DNA of 55,225 nucleotides, counting the filler, from Catajapyx aquilonaris (taxonomy: Eukaryota): NCBI GenBank assembly GCA_000934665.2. It is 2 parts of 2 records of this genome, joined end to end, with 100 filler letters (N's around TTAATTAATTAA, not from the genome) between each part and the next. Parts side by side here need not be neighbours in the genome. Positions count along the whole stretch, not along the records: positions 1 to 27,681 come from JYFJ02005062.1; 1 more part is not named here. One strand, 5' to 3'. Position 1 is the stretch's first letter, and every line of letters begins with the position of its first letter. The notes under the pieces are model-generated. The model was given only the letters and a program-made list of their open reading frames with translations, did no database searches and had not been told where the DNA came from. Below, piece after piece: positions 1 through 12,781 of this stretch. The translations under genes and the position numbers were made by a program.

Positions 1-19
1 ACAGCTCTAAATTTGCCAC

Positions 20-700
20 AACCATAGCTACATTAGCTATTAATATAGAGAGCTATAATAACAGGATAAAGGACAGTTATTTCCTCTAATCATGATTTTA
101 TTAGCTATGACCATAACCATAATATTAGCTACAACCATAACAGGATAAAGTACAGCTTTGAATACTTGCCATCACCATAGACACAATATTAGCTGAACCA
201 TACTATTAGCTATAACCATAACACTAATATTAGCTATCACCACCAGATGATAAAGAACAGTTCTAAACATTTGCCATAACCATAACCATATTTTCAATAC
301 CGGTAAACATAATCATGATGTTATTACCTATAACCATATTATATATTACCATATTAGCTATAACCATAACCACCATATTAGCTACAACCATAAGAGGAGA
401 GAGGATACTTAATATCACCATAACAATAACCACAATATTAGTTGTAACATAACAGAACAAAGGAGAGCTCTAAAAATTTTCCATATCAACCATACGTTCA
501 ATAACCATAACCGTGATGTTATTAGCTACAACCATAACCATAATATTAGCTACAGCCATAAACAAAATATTAGCTATAACTGTAACAGGCCTATTAAATA
601 TTTGCCATATAAACCACATAACCATATTTGCAATAACCATAACTACAATATTAGCTATAACCATAATATTTGCAATATTAGCTACATTGCCAACAATGAA
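20..700. repeat. Degenerate low-complexity tandem repeat (ACCATA / ATATTAGCTA units), probably intronic
   Basis: Recurrent accataac/atattagcta words; accounts for the M/V/I/A/N-rich ORFs 263..460, 470..664 and 513..704. Confidence 0.8.
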
Positions 701-742
701 CTAACTATACGTGATTAGTAGAGTTCAACAGTGGTCACTTAC

Positions 743-791
743 CTAGAATGACCGTAGTAGCCAACAGCACGGTCCAGATGAGTTTCTTCAT
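743..791 (-). CDS. First coding exon (signal peptide MKKLIWTVLLATTVIL-) of a secreted/membrane protein gene continuing off the left edge of the window
   Basis: GCACC-ATG start context at 791; basic N-terminus plus hydrophobic stretch; 49-bp phase-1 exon ending at a perfect G|GTAAGT donor (742-737). No further exon recognised. Confidence 0.6.
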
Positions 792-1531
792 GGTGCTATT
801 ATACCTTGGTGACAAATTATTGATTGTTTCTACCAGCAACCTGTTGCTGGAGCAGTAATAACGTCTGGTGTCTGGACGTGTACTGGCAGCAATCACGACA
901 CAATGCGGTTTTCCTTTCGCGGAAAAAGCATCCCGTCATCTCGTCTTGAAGGGCAAATTAAGGAGAGCCAACGCCTTACATCATTTTCAAGAAAATTATG
1001 TTGGCAACCTTGTTGGGGCAGCACTTATATTGTCAACTGTTATTACTAAAAAATTGTAAGGCCCTACCCAAAAAATCTTTTTGGTGGGTTCTTATTGGAG
1101 GACTAATTGTCACCTTGACGTGTGGTGTGCGGTATGACAAAAGTGCATTGTTTATATTCAAGGACAGTAGGAAAAAAGCCGCAAACTTCCGTGGTTATGA
1201 CGTCATAATAATTACTTTAATTAAATTTTACGCCACCCAAATTTATTATCAGAAACTTGCGTACAACAATAAAACCAACAAGTCGCAAAACAATAAATAT
1301 GGCTCACGGTTTTGCGAGTACGGTTCGTTCCTTTTAGTCTCAGTCTCAGTTGGGGGAGGTCAAGGGTCACACATTGTTGAATGAGTCCCGTATTTCCAAC
1401 CCTAATGTCCATTCTATCCTATGGAATGGAGAGAATGATTAGGTTGAAAATATATCGTTCTTAGGAAAAAAGCCGTATCTGCTCAGATACGGCTTTTTTC
1501 CCGAAGAACCCGGATAGTTCTTGCGACACTT

Positions 1532-4500
1532 TCACATGGGCGAAGGAGGTAATGGTGGGTAGTGAAACTCTCGTCGTTGAGGCGGTACCGTTATACCGTT
1601 GATACAAACAGCGGTTGGACACGAAATGTCCGAAGTGTCCAGCTTGCCCTGGATAGACCTGGGTGGACTTAGAGGCATCTTCTTGTGTCCTCTCGGAGGC
1701 GGTATGGGCGTCCTGGCTCTTGGTACGTCGTGGGTGTCGGTACCGGACGAGGCACTTCGTATGAGGTGCTTGAGGTAGTCGCGACCTTTGGTGAAGAAGC
1801 AGAGGAAGGTGCCCAGCAGTAGGATGGCGAACATGAGTGTCCCAAGACAGATGATGACCGGTACGTAGGCTCTGGTGGAAGTATGCTGGTCTTCGTCAAC
1901 ATCCAGGTCATGTGGAGGTCGAAGGTCGTGGTCTGGTATCTCGTTGTCTTCGTCCGATATGTCGTTGAACTCGGTGTCGTCAGATGCACCGTCTTTGTCC
2001 ACTATCATCACGTCTGCACATGCCCTGAATTCTTCTTGTGGACCGCAACCAACAGCACCCGTACCTGCAATACCAACATCCGTAGTGACCAATGAACACG
2101 AAGACATCGATGTAACGTACCGTTCTCGCATGTTCCCCAGTTGTTTCCGGCGATGTACTTCCACTGGAACACACACTGCGAGCATGTAAGACCATGCGGT
2201 AAACGCAGCTTGACCTCGTACACCTTGTTCTCCTCTCCAGGGTACACCATTGGTCCTGACCCGTCCGCTTGTTCCAGAAGGTACTTGTCCAGGCAGGACT
2301 GGCGGGCCACTCTCTTGAAGTTGTTGTTGGGACATACCCGGAACTCGAAGTGACCTCGGTGGTTGGCTGTCAGCTCAACTTTGACCCTGATGGCTGCCTC
2401 GGACCGGTACTTCCGGACAATGATGCCGTTGGAGTACTTGCCACCAGCTTCGTTGGGTCTGGGCTGGAAATGAGCGAAAATTGATTTAAAAGATTTAAAC
2501 GATTTAAATGAGTTAAAATATTTACAAGATTTAAACGAGTTAAAAGATTTACCAGATTTTAACGAGTCAAAAGATTTACCAGATTTAAGCGATTTAAAAG
2601 ATTTAAAAGATTTAAAATATTTAAAAGATTTAAAAGATTTAAAAGATTTAGAAGATTTGACCGATTTGAACGATTTAAAAGGTTTAACCGACTTAAAAGA
2701 TTTTAATGATTCGCCCAAGATTTAAAAGATTTGTGGGATTTATAGCGGATTTAAGCTATTCATAGTGGATTTGGAGTGATTTAGAGATGATTCAAATGAT
2801 TTAAGGAGGGTATACTGTATTTATGGAGGGTACTGTAAGTTATTTAGCTGATTGGGGGGGGGGGGGCTTTAACGATAAAAAGGTATCACGACAACTGGCT
2901 GCTTGTCATTTGGCTGCGGGTCATTTGGATGCTGCCTTTTAGTTGCTGATTAAATTGGCCTCACCAAATGTCGCGGCAGCCAAATGACCGGCAGCCAAAA
3001 GTCGTAGATTCGATTTAAAAATTAATTGCCGATTTAAGTGATTTATCAATGTCTTACATCAGATTCAAATGATTTTCAATGGTTCAAAACTGTTAAAATT
3101 TATTTGGATTTAAATGATTTATCAAGTAGCCCATTTAAAAGATTTGGGCTTAATGGCGAGTCATCATGGATTTAATATGATTTATGGATGATTAACATGA
3201 TTTATCATAAGTTCACAGCTGATTCAAATGATTCATTGAGGATATAAGTAATTTATAGCTGATTAGATGGGATTTGCTACTGATTTAAAACGATCAAAAT
3301 GATTAATTGCCGATTTAAGTGATTTAGAGCCGATTCTAGTGATTCATCGATGATTTTTAACGGATTCAAGTGATTTATCAATGGATTTCGGCTGATTCAA
3401 ATGATTATTTTTATCAATGATTAAAGCTATTTAAATGATTTAAGGAGGATTTAAGTGATTTATATGGATTTAGTAATGATTTAAGATGATATCAGCTAGA
3501 TTTGTCATGTACGAGCTACATGATTTACAATGATTCGAATTTTTAAAAAACTGATCAGCTATGCACAGGTACAGTACATTCAACTGTCCTTTTTTCCAGC
3601 ACATTCACCAGGTCTTCCAACCATGACCGTATTCTCCCAATAAATCCATTGTTGACAGGGCAATCACAGCGTGAGAAATCAGGTCTTGCCCTACTTTTAT
3701 ATGACCATGGTCGCGCGCATTGGGTGACAAAAATTGGGCGCACAATAATAATAATGAGAATACCGATTGTTCACTTGCTGACGAACGAATAGTGTCAAGA
3801 ACGACGGACACGCTTGATGTCAACCATCTTTATGACCTGAGAACAGGCTTGGGTCACTGTCCCCATGTTTTGTCGCGTATGTTTTATGACAGGATACTAG
3901 GACCTGTGTATTGTTTCGCTCTGGTGCAACCGTAGAACCGGTTGTATCAGTCCCAGTGTTTTAAACTGGCGAGTTTGACTGTTGCGACAACATTGTTGGC
4001 TGACCGAGCCATTCTATTGGCTGCAGCTGTGATCAACACTGTTGCCACATCGCTGCTTTCATTAACCAGCTAATTATTAGCCTCAATCATAATAATTTTA
4101 AACATTAAAACTAGGAAAACGCTCGCTCTTTTCTAGGCATACGGCCTGGGGTACCTATTCGGCGCACCATATCGCCGGGGAATGGACAGTTTCCCCGGCA
4201 ACCCAACAGGAGTTGTTTACACCCCCATTGCGCATGAGTAGAACGCGGGCCAATGGGGAGGTGGCGGTAACAATATGCGGAGGACCAATCAGTGGGCTCG
4301 GCCAACTCCCGCAAGGATTTTAAAATAATTATAGATATGTAATGTTTTATACATTTTAAAAATATATAAAAATAAAAATGCATACCTGTGTCTGGTCCCA
4401 CGCATCACCGCAGATCCCACATTTCCCCCCATTGTTAACCCATTGTCTGGTGAATCCTCCACAGTACAACTCATGGTCGTTGTAGTTCGGGGGCGTACTG

Positions 4501-5120
4501 AACCCATACCTGTCATATAGAAATAGAAAAAAAAGTAGAGACGGAAATGTAACTATTATTAGCTGGCGCAACCTCATAAGAAACGCTACGCTGCTCTTTT
4601 TAACTTTTTAGTAATTAGCTACCAAGTTCTTAAAAGCGAATTAGGCAAAAGATTAAGGAGGTCAGTGTATCAAATCTTTGTCGGAGAGGTATGGCCAAAG
4701 GCGTTTGTTTTCTATGCGTGTAGTCACGGAAAGTAGTCTGGGCGTGAACTACTTTTCCTGGTGTAAAAAAATAAAAAAAAACTAAAAAGGCGGAGGTTGC
4801 GGTCATACACGTGTGTCACTGACCGAGGACGTCACCCTCTGTACGGTTGAACAATTCGCGACGAGATTCGCGATATGCAAATAGGGAAGTGCGATTAGCT
4901 ATAATTTACGTCATATGACGTATGCAAAAAAAATTCGCATACGTTACCTGTAATTTTTTGAAAATAATATGACGTGAAGTGATCCTTGAGGTCACCAGGA
5001 CATAAAAGTGACTCACCTCCACATGGTAGACCTAGAAGGTGGTTCTATCAGCCTCCCATGGCCACTGACCAAACTGACCAGTCCAGCAACCACTAGCAGG
5101 ACTGTTGTTGACCCCAGCAT
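1532..5120 (-). CDS. AA15-family lytic polysaccharide monooxygenase (chitin-binding type-4 domain) with C-terminal TM helix and Pro-rich tail, ~367 aa
   Basis: Exons 5120-5017, 4509-4386, 2463-2121, 2064-1532; all GT-AG and in phase, 1104 nt total. Signal peptide MLGSTTVLLVVAGLVSLVSG is followed by mature N-terminal His (HGRLIEPPSRSTMWR). Also NYNDHELYCGG, GKCGICGD, ELTANHRGHFEF (second His), CSQCVFQWKYIAGNNWG and GCGPQEEFRACADV, which are typical AA15 motifs. Confidence 0.93.
2480..3540. repeat. Degenerate ~9-bp GATTTAAAA-type tandem repeat in LPMO intron 2
   Basis: Many gattta/gatttaaaa copies, most regular at 2483-2730; produces the spurious KSF-repeat N-terminus of ORF 2008..2718. Confidence 0.8.
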
Positions 5121-6739
5121 CTTTTTTTGCTATTACTGATTTCCTTACTATGGTTGCTGCATCTCCACCCTAGAATAAATAGAGAGGAAATTGTGATATT
5201 GACGCATCGCTGGGCATTTCGGGTAATACATGGTCCTATTTGGGGATGGTACCGGTTCAACTCTAGCGGAATAAATGGGTTAAGGAAAGGGAAATAATAA
5301 TAATTGAGGATCTAATCTGGTTCTATATTTTTACATACCGGTCTTAACAATGAGGCCTGCTTCCCTTCATTGTGTTTTTGAATAGGGCTCAGTCGAAATT
5401 GGGGTGATTGTGACCTTACTTGTCTGGGGAACTACTAATAGTAACCTAGTTACAAGGGTGCGTCCATTGGTGTGTAGTATCCTATTTATGGTATAGGACA
5501 GTAGTTGTAATTTGTTAGTTACACGTTAGTTTAATAGCAAGAAAAATAATTCAGGCACATCTCCAGGCTAATTATGTCAAGTCGAATAATTTTCATGGTT
5601 ACAATAGTTACAACTTAAAATAAGCAGCTTAACTTAACATCGTTAGTTACTTGACACTTCAAAGTACTGCACAGTACAATTTATAGCAATTTCTTGATCT
5701 ATTATCTATTAGTTTTATGGCTTAAACTTTGAGAACAACTGGGCCACGTGGATCTGTCCCAAATATGGCTTCCCATCAAGTCCATTCTTGCTGAGGATGG
5801 TACTGCACACATTCCATTCTCTTTTTTAACTTTCATCATTGCTCCTTTTTATAACCGCACGAAATTAGAGTAACGGAGACTGTGAAAGGGAAATATGTAC
5901 AAGGGCTAAAGGTCTCTGAAGATGAGACAAAGTGAAAGCCTCAACATTGTCCGTGGTCACAGGAGGAGGAGGAGGAAAGAATTTTTCGTATGGAAAAAAA
6001 ATAAGAGAGAGTGAGGATTTCCTTATGGAGAACTTACAGATTCATGCAGAGGGTACTCCCAAACAGAAATCGTCATTACACGCTGTTGTAGTCACAGTAA
6101 AGAAGAAAATATATGCATGCGAAATTAGTCCTAGTTTTCCCTTCCTGTCATAGGAGTGGCACTTTTCTGCATGTTTGTTTGGGTAATAATGACCTGCTTG
6201 GTAAGCATTGAACAGCCAAAATTAATGTACACTAGTTACACAATAGTGCGTTTTAAAAATAGAAACACTACTGACACTATCATGACAATCATAAACGTGA
6301 ACCGCGTAGACGAAAATCAGCGAAATTTTCGCCAGATGTTGAAAGCGTATATTAATAGTAGCAATAATGAAGTGCAAGCAGGTGAGAATGAGCGCTCGAG
6401 ACTTTCCCCTGAGAATCAACAATGAGGCAACAGGTTTTTTTGGGCTATCAGTTTCCCAATGAGTATTCGAATTGAAAAGTAACGGTCCGAATCGGCGAGG
6501 TTAAATCAACGGTATAATACGTGTGAAGTCTCATGAAAACCTGATGAGTTAACAAGTTGGCTGTAATTTGTGAGCCAAAATGAACGGTGCAAAATCGTGC
6601 AAAATATTGTCTAACAACTTAGTTATATACTCAGTAAGTAGTTACATAGCTGGATATTTAGTCCTAATGAGCCAGAAAGCCAGGATTTTCTGTCTGTATA
6701 GGCCTACTGTTTCTTTTGTATTTACTTGTTATGCTTGTT

Positions 6740-7176
6740 GGGGTTAGCCGCTTTGGTGTACACCATGGTACTCCTAGGTCTCGTCAGGTACTTTACTCTT
6801 TGGTACTCCTTGGTACTCCTTGAATTTGATAGCCTACTCCTTGGTACTCCATAATTTGGTGGCCTACCCCTTGGTATACTCCTTGAATTTGGTGGCCTAC
6901 TCCTTGGTACCCCTTGAATTTGGTGGCCAACTCCTTGGTACCCTTTGAATTTGGTGGCCTACTCCTTGGTACTCCTTGAATTTGGTGGCCAACTCCTTGG
7001 TACCCCTTGAATTTGGTAGCCTACTCCTTGGTACTCCTTGAATTTGGTGGCCTACTCCTTGGTACTCCTTGAATTTGGTGGCCTACTCCTTGGTACCCCT
7101 TGAATTTGGTGGCCTACTCCTTGAATTTGGTACTCCAGTGTACTGTACACTTTACAGTCGAGTGGTTAACCCTTTG
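6740..7176 (+). mobile_element. MITE with an internally expanded 31-bp minisatellite (same family as 10227-10336)
   Basis: Ends GGGGTTAGCCGCT...AGTGGTTAACCCTTTG are imperfect TIRs; flanks GCTTGTT (6733-6739) and GCTTGTT (7177-7183); about 9-10 copies of CTACTCCTTGGTACTCCTTGAATTTGGTGGC inside. Confidence 0.7.
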
Positions 7177-9530
7177 GCTTGTTCAATAATTAATTATTGG
7201 TTGTTAACTAACCGGCCGTATGTATTTTAACTGCCACCGCCATTGTTGGACCCCAACCACGTGGTCATCACCAAAAATCGGTTATAAACTCACCTACTGC
7301 CCACTCAAGTCCAGACCGGCTCCATATGGACTGGCCCTCTCCAAGCAGCAGCACAAGGACAAATAAGCAAAAGAACAGAAAGAAAGTCCTAACTTGGGAA
7401 AGGGGATCACGCACACACGAATGCAGGAACAATGAGTAAACCTCTGTTGCAATATCCTACCGGAAGACTATAGTGAAAGAAAAAAAATCTACGAAGGCTA
7501 ACTAGCTTATGTGTGGTCTAGTCCACTGCTCCGACTGAACTGCATATCTTTTGAGGTGTGCACCATTGCTTCGGGGAGTAGGAGGGAGGTGGGTTTGGAA
7601 TAACGGGATAGGATAGGTGAAAACCTTGGCCTTCTTCTTCAGGTGTCTAAACCCCCTGGAGGGCAGGATGGGAAAAACATCTTGGAATATTTTTGGGGGA
7701 GGTCCTAAGAAGGTTGTTGCACCGTGGTTTATTGACAATACAATTGTGGCAAAACCATGATAACTATAGGCAATGTTGAGCATGAACATATTCACTAGGC
7801 AATGTGTTATGAACATAATTATTGAGTGGTATGAACTGTTCATACCACTCAATGAATAATTGAACAAAATTATTCATTGAGTGGTATGAACATATTCATA
7901 ATTGATAATGAATATTGCATGAATTGTCAGTATGTCAGAATTTAAATAGTTACGTAATTATTGGCTAATCAGACTTCCAGCTCCATTTATTCGACCTGGA
8001 AAGTTAACCTAGCGAACAACTAAATGGCGGCTGATAGTTTGACCCACTATTGGGCATCGGGTCTGGCCTGCTGGCCCCTTAAATCAAGAGGTTGGTGTGC
8101 GTAAATCTACATAACCGTAGGGGAACATACGTGAAAGTGCATGACCTACACTTTTCCTTTAGTTTAAATTTTTTTTTGAGGGAAATAAATATTAGGATGG
8201 GCATACCTTCCGTGCGGATTTTGCTCAACATGGCGGTCAGAAAGTGTTCACTATACACTATTATAGAGGATGTTATCAGTAAAAATCACGCGATATACTT
8301 ACTTCCTTATGTGCGTTACAATTTTTTTAAAGACAAAAAGGGCAATAACTGTTTTGTTGAGAGAAATTTTGTCGTGAAAGTGACATCTTTGCTGTGTTTT
8401 TGAGTGCATCATATTCTTAAAGTGGTAGGTTTTTCGTGGCGAAACTATCACGGATAGTGAGATAAGATTTTTTTTTTTGTTTGAGACAAAATGTGGTATG
8501 TGGTTCCGGTGTAAGTTTACGGAAATCCAGTAGCCTGTGGCTGAACTTGAGGTATTTCCAGTTGGATAATATCGCACCTGATGACGTTTCTTCTTCTATA
8601 CACATTGTTGTAAAATTTCCCCCCAGCTTCTCATTAATTAATTAATCACGCGTTAACAGCAACGATTAATTAGCGAAAACCCAGCTTGTTTACTCTTCCA
8701 GATCGTGCTGACACACATCAGCCATCAACAAACAATAAAACCGACCTATCCACCACCTGTTGAATAGAGAGTCCAAACTATCACCTTGAATCACATTGAC
8801 TTAGAAAGCCGGAAAGAAAAACAAAAATCATATGGACCCCGTTCTTTTCTATTCAACCCACGTCTTTTACAACAATACAAAAAAAAAAATTGGTCGAACT
8901 CTGTTGAACTTGTTGAAGATGATTTTACAAGCCACCGGAAAATCCGGTTCGATACAAATTTTTCTTTGCGAAATCAACCTACATATGTATCACGCTCAAT
9001 AGCTACTGGCATGGCAATATATTTTGGAAGGACACTGCGTGATAAGTCAAAATTTTCTGGATGTGAAAGTTTCCACGGTGAAGACCCTATAGAAAAAGAA
9101 GTTCCCTTGGGGGATTCGAATTTGCTACGCCACTGTTGGAATGCACCCTTTTATCATGCGAATTCAGGCGTGAAATTGTGCAAAAAAAATACTCGCAATT
9201 TGGTTCAAATCCTTGTCTGTTATTCCGGGATGTTCCCTCATTTTTATAGCTAGGAAGACAATGGCGATTGCTCTATTGCAAAAAAAATAAGGATGTTCCT
9301 TTTTGCGAAACTGGGCCACCTTGTAATGTGAAGAAAATATAGTTCGTTATCAAGATTGTTTGTTGTAGGATTATGCAACAGTTAGAGGTCAGCCTCGCAG
9401 TGCATAGACCTTTATGTTGAGGTTGGATAAATAAATAAATAATTAATAAGTAATTATTGAGAAAAGAAATAGGCTTGGAAATAGGTAACAAGTTAATAAG
9501 AAAATAGAGAAGTACGGTAAATAAATCGTT

Positions 9531-10000
9531 GAATAAATATGAATTAATTTCGATAAATAAATACCTGAATAAATATGAATTAATTTCGATAAACAAATAA
9601 GAATTAATTTCGATAAACAAATATGAATTAATTTCGATCACTAACTGTAAGTACCTGAATAAATATGAATTAACTTCGATAAACAAATCTGAATTAACTT
9701 CGATAAATCCCTGAATAAATATGAATTAATTTCGATGAACAAATCTGAATTAATTTCGATAAATACCTGAATTAATATGAATTAATTTCGATAAACAAAT
9801 ATGAATTAATTTCGATAAACAAATATGAATTAATTTCGATAAATAAATACCCGAATAAATATGAATTAATTTCGATAAACAAATATGAATTAATTTCGAT
9901 AAATAAATACCCGAATAAATATGAATTAATTTCGATAAACAAATATGAATTAATTTCGATAAATAAATACCTGAATAAATATGAATTAATTTCGATAAAT
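9531..10000. repeat. AT-rich minisatellite, 24/36-bp units (AAATATGAATTAATTTCGATAAAC)
   Basis: Clear tandem copies; source of the FIEINSYL-repeat ORFs. Confidence 0.9.
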
Positions 10001-10226
10001 AAAAATATCAAAATTAAATAAAATAATTTTAATAAGTAAAGCAAAATAATTTTAATAAATAAAACAAAATAATTGTAATAAATAAAAATAAATATTGTTC
10101 ATAGATAAAAATAAAATTTTATCAATGCATATATAAATAATTTTAATAAATGGATATAACATGTAACTCATTTTAATACATAAAAATTGCAACAAAAATT
10201 ACGTATTAAAAATCATTAACCAAAAT

Positions 10227-10336
10227 CAAGGGGGTACTCACTTGACTGTAAAGTGTACACCTGGTACCAAATTCAAGGAGTACCGAAGAGTACCACTGCA
10301 GGTGTACACCGGAGTACCGAAGTGATTACCCCCTTG
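10227..10336 (-). mobile_element. 110-bp MITE with 8-bp TSD (hAT- or P-type)
   Basis: TIRs CAAGGGGGTACTCACTT / AAGTGATTACCCCCTTG; perfect 8-bp duplication ACCAAAAT at 10219-10226 and 10337-10344. Confidence 0.85.
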
Positions 10337-11738
10337 ACCAAAATAAACAGATGAACACAAATAAGCAGGCTATTAATTAAAATAGAAAATATAAATTACA
10401 AACAAAATTTTTAACCTCAATTGGTACTTTGTGCACATTTACAATCCATGAAATCAAATGTATCTCTTACACAATTATTTTTGCAAAAAGGTTATATTTT
10501 TGCAAAAAGGTTGTGTGTCGTACCAGGCGACATTCGTCACGACATTATCAGTGCGTATATATACATGTGTAGTAATTCACTTGCAAAATTTCCTGCATCT
10601 ATGACGTACTGCACACCTGTTGCGTTAGAAAGCAACTATGGACTCAACAATGTGCAACAAAAAAATTGGTAGCCATTGAGAGAATCGAGTGTAGGAGCAT
10701 ATCAGGAGAAAATTCGTCAGGCTTTACATGAGGTATACCAAAATAGCCGTGTCCTTCGAGGTTTCCTGCATTTTACACAGTGATTCATGCCTTTACATGC
10801 TCGCACAAGCCTGTACACGATGTGTGCAAATTCACATTTGAAAAGGTCGTTCCCACGATTGTCGTGACTCACTGGTCAATATACCGAAGCTAGCAATTTT
10901 CCGATTGAGGCCAATATGTTTCGCAAATAAATTTTGCGGATTTTTTTTGTGGAAAATCAAAACGGAATATATTAGTGTTCATTAATAGTTTATTTAAGGC
11001 CCCATTCATGTAATATTAAGCTAAATATTATATTGCGCCGAGTGCTTCATGCTATACATTGTTGCAAAATTTTCACCACATCTTCTTAAGGAATTTTTAA
11101 GCAGGGCACGAAATGTCTCAAAAACCTTGATGTGAATTCGGCGTGCAGATAAAGACTAACTGTACATTTTTGCACGACCCATATACATTCGCACAAGACA
11201 GTTTTACAGTACTTCAAAATGCTCATCATTTCGCCATAATTGTGTAATGCATGGCGAACTGTACTGGATTTAACTGTTGTGGACATGAAGAATTTTTCAA
11301 GTCAGTTTGATCCTACATGAATTGTCAAAATGTATACTAACATTACATGCAACCTGTAGTAACACTTATTGAATTGTTTACTTTGATAGGTCTCGTACCC
11401 TACTCCTACGAGTTCGTTAACCCATATTATAAACATGGTTGTGTGTGCACATATACTCACACTCGTCAGCTCTTTGAGATGAGGACCGCACTTCAGCGTG
11501 TTACTACTAGTACTAATGCGGCCTGAAAAGCATGGTCATGGTTCGCTGGCAGACTGGAACCAGAGGGACGTGAGACTTGGCCTGGCATGACGTTGCACTC
11601 AAATAAAGGGTAATCTGGGTTGAAGATTTGGTATTCAGAAGAGCGAATTTTTCACATCACTGGAAGTTTATTGGATCGTAATTAGAGTATAAATTTTTTA
11701 CAAGTATACTATTTTAGCAGTGCATCGGCTTTAAAAAG

Positions 11739-12484
11739 TTAGTAGCCGTAGGATTGCTTCTGCTCATACTTGGGCTGCTCGTAGCCGTAAGACTGCTTCC
11801 CTTCGTATTTGGGCTGCTCGTACTTCTGCTCGTAGCCATAGGACTGCTGCTCGTACTTTGGCTGCTCGTACTTCATCTCGTATTTGGGCTGCTCGTAGCC
11901 GTACGACTGCTTCTGCTGGTAGCCATAGGACTGCTTCTGCTCATACTTGGGCTGCTCGTATCCGTAGGATTTCTCTTCGTATTTGGGCTGCTCGTAGCCG
12001 TAGGATTTCTCTTCGTACTTGGGCTGCTCGTATCCGTAGGATTTCTCCTCGTACTTGGGCTGCTCGTACTTCTGCTCGTAGCCGTAGGACTGCTTCTGCT
12101 CATACTTTGGCTGCTCGTAACCGTAGGATTTCTCTTCGTATTTGGGCTGCTCGTACTTCTGCTCATACTTTGGCTGCTCGTAGCCGTAGGACTGCTTCTG
12201 CTCGTAACCATAGCTCTTCTGCTCGTACTTGGACTGCTCGTAGCCGTAGCTCTTCTGCTCGTAACCATATGACTGTTTCGGCTGGTAGTAGCTCTGCTTG
12301 GCTTCGTACCCGTAGGACTTGGGAGCCGCCTTCTCGTAGACGGCCATCCCATACTCAGCAGCCGAAGTGACAGCGACCAGCGCCAAGAAGATGGACAGCA
12401 TCTGTAGGAAAGAAACAATGAGCGTAAACCATACAATATTCAAGCAACACGTACTGTACAACAAACCCTTACTGCATAAGCCAT
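11739..12484 (-). CDS. Secreted Tyr/Glu/Lys/Gln-rich repeat protein A (~224 aa; structural/cuticle/adhesive-like)
   Basis: Exon 1 12484-12473 (MAYA, GTAAGG donor); exon 2 12401-11739 after TTCCTACAG. Signal peptide, then SYGYEQPKYE(E/Q/M)K repeats. TATAAAA at 12574-12568; AATAAA at 11672-11667. Confidence 0.88.
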
Positions 12485-12567
12485 AGCTACAGTTCTTCTA
12501 AACTTCCAGTGATATGGTCCGGTATGGCTAGTGGGATGGAGAGGGCGCATAGGGAGAGGCACCCCGC

Positions 12568-12645
12568 TTTTATAGTCGCCAGCAGCCCCCTGATTGGATC
12601 CTGCCCCAGTGAGTGTACAGGTGAGCCTTGTCACGTGATATGAGG
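12568..12645 (-). promoter_or_regulatory. Promoter of repeat-protein gene A: TATA, CCAAT, E-box
   Basis: TATAAAA, CCAATCAG ~20 bp upstream and TCACGTGA; same order as in paralogs B and C. Confidence 0.65.
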
Positions 12646-12691
12646 AGAGATAGACATAATATGTTCTGTCTATGGCGTGGTTGCCAACAAG

Positions 12692-12781
12692 CCTTCGGTA
12701 GCTCAGTTGGTAGAGCGGTGGACTGTAGTTGGCTCGAAAGCAGTTATCCATAGGTCACTGGTTCAAATCCGGTCCGAAGGA
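12692..12781 (+). tRNA. tRNA-Tyr-GTA: tRNA-Tyr(GTA), 17-nt intron
   Basis: CCTTCGGTAGCTCAGTTGGTAGAGCGGTGGACTGTAG [TTGGCTCGAAAGCAGTT] ATCCATAGGTCACTGGTTCAAATCCGGTCCGAAGGA; all stems pair; T-run Pol III terminator follows. Confidence 0.96.

Noticed and set aside
263..704. Hydrophobic M/V/I/A/N ORFs
   Set aside because: Translations of low-complexity intronic repeat.
1464..1501. Rho-independent terminator implying bacterial DNA or horizontal transfer
   Set aside because: The adjacent gene has spliceosomal introns and a eukaryotic AA15 sequence.
2464..2718. KSF-repeat N-terminus of ORF 2008..2718
   Set aside because: Intronic 9-bp repeat upstream of the true acceptor at 2465-2464.
6800..10000. 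31-bp and 24/36-bp arrays as possible CRISPR arrays
   Set aside because: No unique spacers, no cas genes, eukaryotic context; ordinary minisatellites.
6740..10336. One 3.6-kb element bounded by long inverted repeats
   Set aside because: Each end has its own TIRs and distinct TSD, so these are two separate insertions of one family.
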